Shown here piece after piece: positions 47,470-55,684 of a DNA stretch of 64,000 bases (its first letter is position 1; each line of letters starts with the position of its first letter). Source of the DNA: an uncultured Candidatus Bathyarchaeia archaeon (GTDB lineage Archaea > Thermoproteota > Bathyarchaeia > Bathyarchaeales > Bathyarchaeaceae); contig CAZCYX010000001.1 of assembly GCA_964503065.1 (NCBI GenBank), forward strand, positions 5,804 to 69,803. The letters run 5' to 3'. The notes under the pieces were generated by a model that saw only the letters and a list, made by a program, of their open reading frames with translations, ran no database searches and had not been told where the DNA came from. The translations under genes and the position numbers were made by a program.

Positions 47470-48435
47470 ATGAAGACGAAACTGTTACTCAGTGGCGATA
47501 AAAAGGAGTACAAGGTTAAAGATATTGCTGTTTTTGAGGAGCCTGAAAGGCTTAAGAGTGTTTTAGGTAGGCTTAGTTGGAGAATTTTGGGTCTCTTAAG
47601 TGAAAAAGATATGTATCCTATAGAGATTGCAAAGAAACTTCAAGTGCATGAACAAAAGGTTTACTATCATATCAGAAAGCTGGCTAAGGCTGGAGTAATT
47701 AAAGTTGTGAAGGAAGAGGAAAAGAAGGGAGCTATCGCAAGATATTACAGCGCTTCTTATCCAGCCTTTGGAGTTGAACTTCCCTTTGGTTACCAAAAAA
47801 TCAGAACAATCGCAGCACCCACTGTTGACCAAAAATTGAAACAATTCCTCAGCCCTCTCCTAAAAGAAGACGGAAGTTTTGACGGGAAAGTTGTGGTTGG
47901 CAGTCCAGAACCACATGGCCCCTTCAAAACAAGTGCAAGGGATGGACACTACGCCTCATACCTGACATTTTTCCTTGGTCAACTTGCTAGCTTACCGGAA
48001 GATTTCGCCATAAAACTGGATGTTGACTTGAAGGTTGAGAAGGAAGAGAGAAACAACCTAATTTTGGTTGGTGGTCCTGGAACCAACTTAATCACTCAAG
48101 AGATTAACGAGTTTTTACCTATTCGATTCAACATGATGCCTTCCGAACTTGGCTTCCTCTTTGGCGGATTAGTCTCTGAAAAAACTGGAAACATCCACAC
48201 CCGTGACACTATAGGCGTAATAGCAAAGATACCGAACCCCTGGAGTGATGAAAACCGTATAATTGTCCTTGCGGGTAACAAGGCTGTAGGCACCAAAGCT
48301 TGTGTCATAGCCATCACAAAATTCTGGAAAGAAACCCTAAAGAACTTCAATGAAGATGAGAAGTTTGCAGTGGTCATTCAGGGATTTGATTTGGATGGAG
48401 ATGGAAAAGTGGACTCCATAGAAGTTTTAGAATAG
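47470..48435 (+). CDS. winged-helix domain protein with LVGGP-type C-terminal domain
   Basis: N-terminal wHTH (MYPIEIAKKLQVHEQKVYYHIRKLAKAGVIKVV). The C-terminal NLILVGGPGTN resembles S-layer-associated domains. Confidence 0.45.
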   Translation: MKTKLLLSGDKKEYKVKDIAVFEEPERLKSVLGRLSWRILGLLSEKDMYPIEIAKKLQVHEQKVYYHIRKLAKAGVIKVVKEEEKKGAIARYYSASYPAFGVELPFGYQKIRTIAAPTVDQKLKQFLSPLLKEDGSFDGKVVVGSPEPHGPFKTSARDGHYASYLTFFLGQLASLPEDFAIKLDVDLKVEKEERNNLILVGGPGTNLITQEINEFLPIRFNMMPSELGFLFGGLVSEKTGNIHTRDTIGVIAKIPNPWSDENRIIVLAGNKAVGTKACVIAITKFWKETLKNFNEDEKFAVVIQGFDLDGDGKVDSIEVLE

Positions 48436-48499
48436 ACTTGTTCATCAAAAAATCGACTTCCCTAAATATAATAAATAATATCTTAAGATTAGAGTAACC

Positions 48500-48928
48500 A
48501 TGAAAATAACCGAAATCATTTGGGCATATGGTCACAAAAACATTCTTTCCACTCATAAAACCACTCTTGAGATCACGAAAGAAGCCACCCTTACAAACCA
48601 TGGCGATTGCATAATTGCTGTAAAAGCTACAAAGGGTGCGGCAGATATGCATCCAGACTTTAAAGAAGCCACTAAGAAGGAAAATGCACAACTGATGATA
48701 ACTATTGAAGCTAATGGCATTAAGGAAACTGTTAAGGCGTGTGGAAGCCCCAAGTTGACGTTTACCAGCCCCACAGACATTGTGATTAGAAAGAGTAACT
48801 ACGTTTGTGGGCGAACAGTGGCGATAGGAGCAGATAAGGCGGCATGTGATCTGTCAAGAAAACTTGTTGAAAAACTAAGGAATCCTTATCAAAAAGTTAA
48901 GATTACGCTAATAGCCAAGAGTTACTGA
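48500..48928 (+). CDS. DUF371-like protein
   Basis: GHKNILSTHKTTLEITKE..LT..GDCIIAV pattern, recalled from the archaeal DUF371 family. Confidence 0.45.
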   Translation: MKITEIIWAYGHKNILSTHKTTLEITKEATLTNHGDCIIAVKATKGAADMHPDFKEATKKENAQLMITIEANGIKETVKACGSPKLTFTSPTDIVIRKSNYVCGRTVAIGADKAACDLSRKLVEKLRNPYQKVKITLIAKSY

Positions 48929-49986
48929 ATTTCAGCGTCCACCACAACTTGCCATTCATAGGGGGCAGTTGCCCTAACTCTCTTCGTAAGCAGAATCTTC
49001 TTAACGCTTCGATTAGTTTGTTTCACAGCTTCAATTAATCGAATCTTTGCAGTTTCCAACGGATCTGGGGCATTTGTGAAATCGTAAAAATGAATGACGC
49101 CCCCTTTAGGCTTAATTGCCTCACACGCCACATCAACGTATTCTATCGCCTTTTCAGGCAAATTCATAATAACTCGATTTGCAACACCAACTAACTGCTC
49201 TTTAATGATCTTTCTAGTGTCGCCATGAATTGGCTTAACCTTGTCACGAACACGGTTTGCTTCAATGTTTTTTTCCAAGAAACTTATGGCGTCTGGGTTT
49301 ACGTCGATAGCATACACCTGAACTTTGTCACATCTTTTGGCAATTAAGATAGAGAAGGGTCCGACTCCTGCGAACATATCCACGACTGTTTCCCCTTCCT
49401 TAACTTGAGATGCAACTCGGTCATGCTCGTGAGAGAGCCGAGGTGAAAAATAGGCTTTTTTAGGGTCCACATAATAAGTGCAGTTATACTCCTTATGAAC
49501 CGTCTCCGTTTTGCCAGTTCCCGCTATAACCTCAAACTCTCTAACACGAAAAACACCCCCCACCGCACCTGATTTTGCCAAAACTGTGTGTACCCGTTTA
49601 TGCACTTTTAAAATGGCTTCGCCAACAATGCTTTTGTAGGACTCCAGTTCTGGAAGAACCTCAATTATCGCGATATTTCCCGCAAAATCAATTGCATGAG
49701 GAAGACTTGCCAAAAGATGAGGAGCCAACTTATCCTCGAGCACATCAACAAGTTTCAGTGGACGTTTGGTTCTCATAGAAAAATTGCAGACAGAAATTTC
49801 AAACTGAGGAAGATTTCGCCTAAATTCTTCAATGCTCATTGGTGGGGGGTCACCGATTAGCGGAATATGTAAATAATCTTCTATTTTTTGAACCTTCAAC
49901 TCTTGATTGAGAAGATCAAGTTCTCTAACAAGAATCATGGCTTTCTCACCATAAATCTTAGGAACTTTTAAACAAGACGCTTTCAT
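48922..49986 (-). CDS. tRNA (guanine37-N1)-methyltransferase Trm5/Taw22 family (Met-10+ like)
   Basis: VVDMFAGVGPFSILIA SAM motif and NLPE-like MNLPEKA. The start is set at the internal MKASCLKVP; the ORF itself extends to 50079. Confidence 0.72.
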   Translation of the reverse strand: MKASCLKVPKIYGEKAMILVRELDLLNQELKVQKIEDYLHIPLIGDPPPMSIEEFRRNLPQFEISVCNFSMRTKRPLKLVDVLEDKLAPHLLASLPHAIDFAGNIAIIEVLPELESYKSIVGEAILKVHKRVHTVLAKSGAVGGVFRVREFEVIAGTGKTETVHKEYNCTYYVDPKKAYFSPRLSHEHDRVASQVKEGETVVDMFAGVGPFSILIAKRCDKVQVYAIDVNPDAISFLEKNIEANRVRDKVKPIHGDTRKIIKEQLVGVANRVIMNLPEKAIEYVDVACEAIKPKGGVIHFYDFTNAPDPLETAKIRLIEAVKQTNRSVKKILLTKRVRATAPYEWQVVVDAEIQ

Positions 49987-50083
49987 CACTCTTGAACCCA
50001 CAAAATATTCAGTAAAAAAGCATTTAAATCCATGAGTTAGGGCCAAATTTAGAGAATATATATAGGTTAACAGCGTCATTAAA

Positions 50084-50761
50084 TCAACGCTTAGACCTGC
50101 GGCGTTTTTTAGCGGGTTTCGACCATCCTAGTTTTTGCCCTGCCACAACTATACCAACCAAGAAGACTACAACTACGCCTCCTATAATGGCAATAAGTTC
50201 AAAAGGTGGCCCTGATGACACTGTGTCAGAGTTACCGTTAGAATCCCCGTTGCTCGTTCCTGAAAGTAAAGAACCAATTTTAGAGCGTAGTTTTGACGCG
50301 TCTGTGTCACCACTCCAGCCAAGATGATCATAATCAATGTAGCGATTAGCGTCGACAAGAAAAATATGTGGGATTCTGGTATCAAGACCAAGATAGTCAC
50401 CTGAAACACTACCAGCTGGATCACTAGCAACAATCCATATCATGTTGATGTCGGCCCTTTGAGCAAAGCTTCGAAGGGTGTCTTCGCCCTCTGGACTTAT
50501 AGAAATGATTTCTAATTGATCTCGCGAATATTCGTTATATAGACTCCTAAATGTTGGAATCGCAGCTTTGCATGGATCGCACCAAGTGGCAAAGAAATCT
50601 ATAAGAACAAGTTTTGCTGAACATTTGGATAGAGTAAACGAGTTTCCGTTTATGTCAACCAATGCAAAATCGAGTGCTTTTGTTTTTCCAACCACTGGAT
50701 TAACTCCAAAAAAAAGTATGGTCATCAATAATGTCAAAAAGAAACTAACTTTAACTTGCAT
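50084..50761 (-). CDS. secreted TlpA/redoxin-like thiol:disulfide oxidoreductase with Ser/Asn-rich linker and C-terminal TM anchor
   Basis: Signal-like N-terminus, FFATWCDPCK active site, C-terminal ...SGPPFELIAIIGGVVVVFLVGIVVAG...KKRRRSKR. Confidence 0.72.
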   Translation of the reverse strand: MQVKVSFFLTLLMTILFFGVNPVVGKTKALDFALVDINGNSFTLSKCSAKLVLIDFFATWCDPCKAAIPTFRSLYNEYSRDQLEIISISPEGEDTLRSFAQRADINMIWIVASDPAGSVSGDYLGLDTRIPHIFLVDANRYIDYDHLGWSGDTDASKLRSKIGSLLSGTSNGDSNGNSDTVSSGPPFELIAIIGGVVVVFLVGIVVAGQKLGWSKPAKKRRRSKR

Positions 50762-50807
50762 GCTGTGTCAACTAATTTTGACGAAAAGACACCTAATAAA
50801 TCTTGTT

Positions 50808-51599
50808 TCATTTTCTCACATTCATTTTCAAGGCGTCGATCTGGCAAGCTTCAACGCACTTCCCACATAAGATGCAATCGCTCGACGAACCGATGTCTGA
50901 TAATTTGTCTATGCCCATCGGGCACACATCTAAGCACCCTAAGCATTCTGTACATTTCGTTGAGTTCAGGGATATTGTGAGAACTGATAGTTTGTTGAAG
51001 ACGCCTATGGAAGCCATTGGACACAAATAGCGACACCAAAACCTAGAGAAAAGTAGCACTAGAAGAATTGTTAAGATGAGGGTTGCTATGTGAACATAGA
51101 AAAAGAACCCTAAACTTAGAGATGGATAAAAGATGAGAGCTGGGATGGCTGCAAATAGGCTTCCAGCCGGACAAAACTTACAGAAAAAAGTGTCCACAGT
51201 GATCCATGCCAACACGATAACAACTAACAACATGGCGAATTTGGAATACGTAAAAGGGCGCAACTTCCTTTTTCGTTTCCCAAAGGCCCTAAGTAAATCT
51301 TGAAGTGTCCCAAAGGGACAAGCCCAGCCGCAAAAGGCCCTACCGAAAATCGTTCCATACAAGCCCAAAGTGCCCAGAAGGTAGAAAGGAATTGCCGGCA
51401 GAATCACGAAGTGTTGCAAGGTCCCTATGGGACATCCAGCAGATGCAATGGGACATCCGTAACAATAAAAGAATGGATAAATAAGTCCGGTTTTTAACAC
51501 TGGAAGAAAGCCTAGATTAGATATAACAAACGTGATTGTCTGTGTTATATGACGTAGTCGGCTTAGATTCATGATGTTCGCTACCCCAACCCGATGCAA
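50808..51599 (-). CDS. NapH/MauN-like membrane polyferredoxin (4Fe-4S binding)
   Basis: TM helices with CxxxCP-type motifs (GCPIASAGCPIG, CGWACPFG, CRYLCPM) and a C-terminal 2x[4Fe-4S] motif (CTECLGCLDVCP, CILCGKCVEAC). Confidence 0.68.
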   Translation of the reverse strand: MHRVGVANIMNLSRLRHITQTITFVISNLGFLPVLKTGLIYPFFYCYGCPIASAGCPIGTLQHFVILPAIPFYLLGTLGLYGTIFGRAFCGWACPFGTLQDLLRAFGKRKRKLRPFTYSKFAMLLVVIVLAWITVDTFFCKFCPAGSLFAAIPALIFYPSLSLGFFFYVHIATLILTILLVLLFSRFWCRYLCPMASIGVFNKLSVLTISLNSTKCTECLGCLDVCPMGIDKLSDIGSSSDCILCGKCVEACQIDALKMNVRK

Positions 51600-51815
51600 G
51601 AAGTGCAGATGAACCTAACAAAACTTCTCACGATTCCATATTCAGCCTCTAAGATTCCAACAGTCAATAGTCCAACGAAAAGAACTAGGAGAAGAGATTG
51701 TTTATGCGTTATTTTCAACTAACAGATCACCTCGCCAGCAGATGGAATAAATTACTCTGCTCTGACATGCCTTAACTTTTCCCTTTTACATCTTCTACCC
51801 AAAGGAGTAGAGGGT

Positions 51816-51916
51816 TGGCGGGCCCGTCGGGAATTGAACCCGAGACCTACGGGTTAAGAGCATCAGCCTAGCACTGTTGGCTAGTCCGCCGCTCTCCCTT
51901 GCTGAGCTACGGGCCC
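51816..51916 (-). tRNA. tRNA-Lys (anticodon CUU) with 24-nt intron at position 30/31 and encoded CCA
   Basis: Manual fold: acceptor GGGCCCG/CGGGCCC, D arm GCUC/GAGC, T arm UCGGG-UUCAAUU-CCCGA. After intron removal the anticodon arm is GCGGG-CUCUUAA-CCCGU. Confidence 0.85.
51862..51885 (-). other. BHB intron of tRNA-Lys
   Basis: AGAG[CGGC](GG|A)[CUAGC]CAACAGU[GCUAG][GCUG](AU|G)CUCU forms a strict hBHBh' motif. Confidence 0.8.
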
Positions 51917-52002
51917 AGTTTTAGCGTCTAATTTGTATAGGTGGCTACGCTAATATCTTTCGTTACACATATGATTTAAAACCATTTATGTGAGGGCTAA
52001 TA

Positions 52003-52806
52003 GTGAGTGAACTTGTATTTGTTGGCTTAGGTTTATTTGATGAAATGGATGTTTCGCTTCGTGGTCTCAAAGAAATTAAGGAAGCCGATGTGGTTTTTGC
52101 AGAGTTTTACACGAGTTTGATGGCTGAGTTGTCAGTTAAGAAACTTGAAAGACTAATAGGAAAAAAGGTTTCAGTCGTTTCCAGACACCATCTAGAAGAA
52201 GAGAATGGGCAGATGATTTTGCAAAAAGCAGAACAGGGAAAAACGGTTTTGCTGGTTCCAGGCGATCCATTAATTGCAACAACCCACGTAGATTTACGGA
52301 TCAGAGCTGAAAAGTTGGGAATAAAAACTCGTGTCATACATGGAGCCTCCATAATCTCTGCAGCCATTGGCTTGTCAGGACTACAAAATTATAAGTTTGG
52401 AAGAAGCGTGACTGTACCTTTTCCAGAGAACGGTTTCGTCTCAGAAACTCCTTACCAAGTGATTAAAGTAAACAGGAAAATGGGGCTTCACACTCTCTGT
52501 TTCTTAGATGTCAAGGTTGAAGAAGGGAGGTGCATGACAGTGAAAGATGGGTTGCAAGCACTTTTGATTGTAGAAGAACGAAAAAGAAACGAAGCAGTTA
52601 CTATGGATACTTTGGTTGTAGGTATTGCGAGAGCGGGCTCTAAAGACTCGGTTGTCAAAGCCGGATACACTGGAGAAGTGATGAAGTATGATTTTGGAAA
52701 GCCGCCTCATACCATTATTTTTCCTGGAAAGCTTCATTTTATGGAAGCTGAGGCATTAATCATGCTTGCCAGAGCTCCCGAAAGTATAAGGGGGATGATT
52801 GAATGA
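52003..52806 (+). CDS. dph5: diphthine synthase
   Basis: N-terminal LVFVGLGL...ADVVFAEFYTS and GDPLIATTH tetrapyrrole-methylase-like motifs. GTG start. Confidence 0.88.
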   Translation: MSELVFVGLGLFDEMDVSLRGLKEIKEADVVFAEFYTSLMAELSVKKLERLIGKKVSVVSRHHLEEENGQMILQKAEQGKTVLLVPGDPLIATTHVDLRIRAEKLGIKTRVIHGASIISAAIGLSGLQNYKFGRSVTVPFPENGFVSETPYQVIKVNRKMGLHTLCFLDVKVEEGRCMTVKDGLQALLIVEERKRNEAVTMDTLVVGIARAGSKDSVVKAGYTGEVMKYDFGKPPHTIIFPGKLHFMEAEALIMLARAPESIRGMIE

Positions 52807-53072
52807 CGTTGGAAAGACTGGTATCTAAATATATTAAAGCCATTGAAATGGTTTTCACAGAGATGACAATCTCTAATGTTGTATTAAGCGTTGATAGGGG
52901 AAAAATTAAAGCCGTTATTGAACATGCGAAGAGATATTTAGAAGACGCTAAATACTACCAGAAGAAAAACAAATTGGAGACTGGTTTGGCATCTATTTCA
53001 TATTGTGAAGGCTTGTTGGACGCTTTACGACTGTTAGATGTGGTGAAATTTTCGTGGCCAACAAAGAAGTGA
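52803..53072 (+). CDS. DUF357-like small protein
   Basis: 89 aa, AKRYLEDAKYY...SISYCEGLLDALRLL. Overlaps both neighbouring genes (operon). Confidence 0.4.
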   Translation: MTLERLVSKYIKAIEMVFTEMTISNVVLSVDRGKIKAVIEHAKRYLEDAKYYQKKNKLETGLASISYCEGLLDALRLLDVVKFSWPTKK

Positions 53073-53518
53073 AGAAGAAAAAGATTGTTTTAGCCTCTGG
53101 AACCTTCGACCTACTTCACTTCGGGCATGTCAAATATTTAGAAGAAGCAAAAAAAATGGGTGGAGAGAACGCTAAACTCACAGTCATCGTGGCACGAGAT
53201 AGCACCGTAGAGAAAAGAAAAGGAACAAAGCCAATAATGTCAGAAGATCAGCGGAGAGCACTCGTAGAATCGTTAAAGGTTGTTGATGAGGCAGTATTAG
53301 GCTACAAAGACTTTAACATGGAAATGACAATCGAGAAGATCAAGCCAAACATCATCGCAGTAGGACACGACCAAAGCGGCATAGAAGACACTGTGCGAAA
53401 CCTAGTTAATGAAAAAGGTCTTGACATTCAGATTGTAAGAATTGGAAGATTCGGAAAAGCGGAACTGAACAGTTCATCAAAAATTTTGAGAAAGATCGTT
53501 AACCGTCATAGAAGATGA
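53054..53518 (+). CDS. ribL: FAD synthase (archaeal RibL, cytidylyltransferase fold)
   Basis: GTFDLLHFGHVKYLEEAKKMG nucleotidyltransferase motif, about 150 aa. Confidence 0.78.
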   Translation: MANKEVKKKKIVLASGTFDLLHFGHVKYLEEAKKMGGENAKLTVIVARDSTVEKRKGTKPIMSEDQRRALVESLKVVDEAVLGYKDFNMEMTIEKIKPNIIAVGHDQSGIEDTVRNLVNEKGLDIQIVRIGRFGKAELNSSSKILRKIVNRHRR

Positions 53519-53522
53519 TAAA

Positions 53523-54521
53523 ATGGAGAACCTAAACGAGTTGATCAAAAGACTGCCAAGGATAAGGCTTGCAAATCTGCCAACTCCCATCGAAGAGATG
53601 TCACATCTATCCCAAATATTGGGTGGTCCAAGACTTTGGATTAAACGAGACGACCTCACAGGATTGGTTTTTGGAGGAAACAAAGTAAGAAAATTAGAGT
53701 TCGAGATAGCTGAGGCAAAAAATAAAGGAGCCGATGTGGTGATCACTGATGGAGTTCTTCAATCGAATCATGCACGCACTGTGGTAACGGCTGCAAGAAA
53801 GTTGGGCATGAAGGTTGTTCTTGTGTTGCGGGGAGAAGAACCGAAGGAGTATGATGGAAATCTTCTTCTCGACCGAATTTTTGGAGCAGATATTAGATTT
53901 GTTCGTGCAGAATGGCATGAGATAGGAGCGATAACAAAAAAAGTTGTTGAAGAGTTGCAGAAAGAAGGGCACAACCCCTACGTCATATATTTTTCTTCTC
54001 CGTTAGGCTCAGTTGGATACGTTAACGCCTTCTTGGAACTGATTACACAAGCAAGAAATATGAAATTTAAAATTGATTATGTTGTTCATGCAGCTGGCTC
54101 AGGCGGCACTCAAGCTGGGTTGATTGTTGGAAATAAGGCGTTGAGAGCTGGAATAGAGGTGGTTGGTATAAGTGTAGAGCCTGATGATGATTGGTTGCTT
54201 AACACAACTGTGGAAATTGCTGATGGATGTGCCAAACTTTTGGGCTTAGACTTTTCCATCACTTCAGACGATGTTAAACTTCTATACGATTATGTTGGGA
54301 AGGGTCATGGGGTGCTAACCGAAGAAGTGATAGACGCCATTAAACTTGTTGCTGAAACTGAAGGGATATTGTTAGACCCAGTATATACGGGTAAGGCAAT
54401 GGCGGGATTGGTAGACTTAGCGAAGCAAGGTCGTTTTAGAAAGCAGGAAAATGTGGTCTTTCTTCACACAGGTGGTCTTCCAGCTATATTTGCATATAAG
54501 GATGAATTTAGGGTAAAGTGA
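53523..54521 (+). CDS. PLP-dependent D-cysteine desulfhydrase / ACC deaminase family protein
   Basis: LWIKRDDLTG..FGGNKVRKLEF (PLP lysine), GGTQAG and FLHTGG motifs. Confidence 0.8.
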   Translation: MENLNELIKRLPRIRLANLPTPIEEMSHLSQILGGPRLWIKRDDLTGLVFGGNKVRKLEFEIAEAKNKGADVVITDGVLQSNHARTVVTAARKLGMKVVLVLRGEEPKEYDGNLLLDRIFGADIRFVRAEWHEIGAITKKVVEELQKEGHNPYVIYFSSPLGSVGYVNAFLELITQARNMKFKIDYVVHAAGSGGTQAGLIVGNKALRAGIEVVGISVEPDDDWLLNTTVEIADGCAKLLGLDFSITSDDVKLLYDYVGKGHGVLTEEVIDAIKLVAETEGILLDPVYTGKAMAGLVDLAKQGRFRKQENVVFLHTGGLPAIFAYKDEFRVK

Positions 54522-55209
54522 GGACTTCAACTTTCACTTTGTTTCCGTCTTTCAGTTTTAGTTGACTACGGAGAAAGGTGGGGGCGATAACTTCCAGAAC
54601 AGATGAGTTGTAGTGGCTTCGTAAAGCCGACAAAACGGCTCCCTTCACTTTGTTGTTGATTACGGCTGGATAACACTTCACAGAGCCGAAGGTTCTCGAT
54701 TCATTCGTGAAGCCTTGAATCTCTATTGCTGGGTACACTTCGAGTTCAGATAATGTTTTCATGTCATATTCTGTGGTGAGTTTTAGGTTGAGAGTTCCTG
54801 GATAAGGGTCAAACCCGAGTTTCTCAATGAACTGTTTGCGGTATCCATCCCTTGTTACGTAGTAGGCGCCTTCACCGAGTCCGCTGAATAGTACGCCTTC
54901 TAAAGTGATGGAGGGAGGATATTTCGCTTCCAAGATCATCCGTAGTCCAGAATATAGTTTCTTTATTTGGGCAACTCCTAAGTCTGTAATCTTGATGAGA
55001 CAGCCTTCACGGGTGATGTTCCTTTTAATCCAATGTTTCTCCTCAAGTTCGATAAGGTGCCTAGAAGCTGTTTGCTGGGAAATCCCGATTTTTGCGGCTA
55101 AATACTCTGTAGAGACTTTTATGGTTCGCCTGGTCGCACCCATTTCCGCCAGTTTATAGAGTGTAAAGAAACGCTTCAAAGAATGCACATCAATGTTTGT
55201 TGGGTTCAT
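54508..55209 (-). CDS. ribK: HTH-fused CTP-dependent riboflavin kinase (RbkR-type)
   Basis: N-terminal wHTH (LAAKIGISQQTASRHLIELEEKHWI) plus a RibK domain (GEGAYYV...GFDPYPGTLNL). The start is set at MNPTN; the ORF extends to 55242. Confidence 0.78.
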   Translation of the reverse strand: MNPTNIDVHSLKRFFTLYKLAEMGATRRTIKVSTEYLAAKIGISQQTASRHLIELEEKHWIKRNITREGCLIKITDLGVAQIKKLYSGLRMILEAKYPPSITLEGVLFSGLGEGAYYVTRDGYRKQFIEKLGFDPYPGTLNLKLTTEYDMKTLSELEVYPAIEIQGFTNESRTFGSVKCYPAVINNKVKGAVLSALRSHYNSSVLEVIAPTFLRSQLKLKDGNKVKVEVLTLP

Positions 55210-55269
55210 TTGGGAGCGCCTTTTCAAGAGGGAATTTGGCAATTATGTATAATAACATTGTGACATTTT

Positions 55270-55317
55270 GGAGTTTTTGTGTGCGTGTGAGAGAACCTCT
55301 CTATAGACGGGGGAGAG
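55270..55317 (+). repeat. copy C of the conserved intergenic element
   Basis: ggagtttttgtgtgcgtgtgagagaacctctctatagacgggggagag. A second TATAGAGGGG half-site lies at about 55328-55339. Confidence 0.8.
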
Positions 55318-55684
55318 ACAGAGACGGGTATAGAGGGGTGATAGGAGTTTACGCTCTTAACTCTCTGTTTGAAAATGGAAAAAATTTTTCGGTTTTTTTC
55401 ATCAACTGCACAAGGGAATTTTGGTTTTGGCTGTCTGATTTTGGAATGGGTGTTGCTTTGGGTTCTGTTAGGGGGTACCACTATTATAACTTTTGATAAA
55501 ATAGGTTTTCAAGATCATCAAAGGGTTTTGTATATTATTATATGTGAATGTATAGGAATGCCTCTAAACAAGTTCCAAAGTGCGATTTCTAGACTGCAAA
55601 ATTACAATCAACAACCATGTTAATGCATGCATTGCATAAGATTTTTCTGCATAGAACCTGTAAGGCTTTTATTGGTTCATTATC

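Noticed and set aside
55197-55623. The ORFs of 99 aa and 84 aa (plus strand) and 85 aa (minus strand) in the ribK/TPR intergenic region.
   Set aside because: They run through the conserved repeat element and G/T-rich DNA, have no motifs, and overlap one another. They are probably non-coding regulatory DNA.
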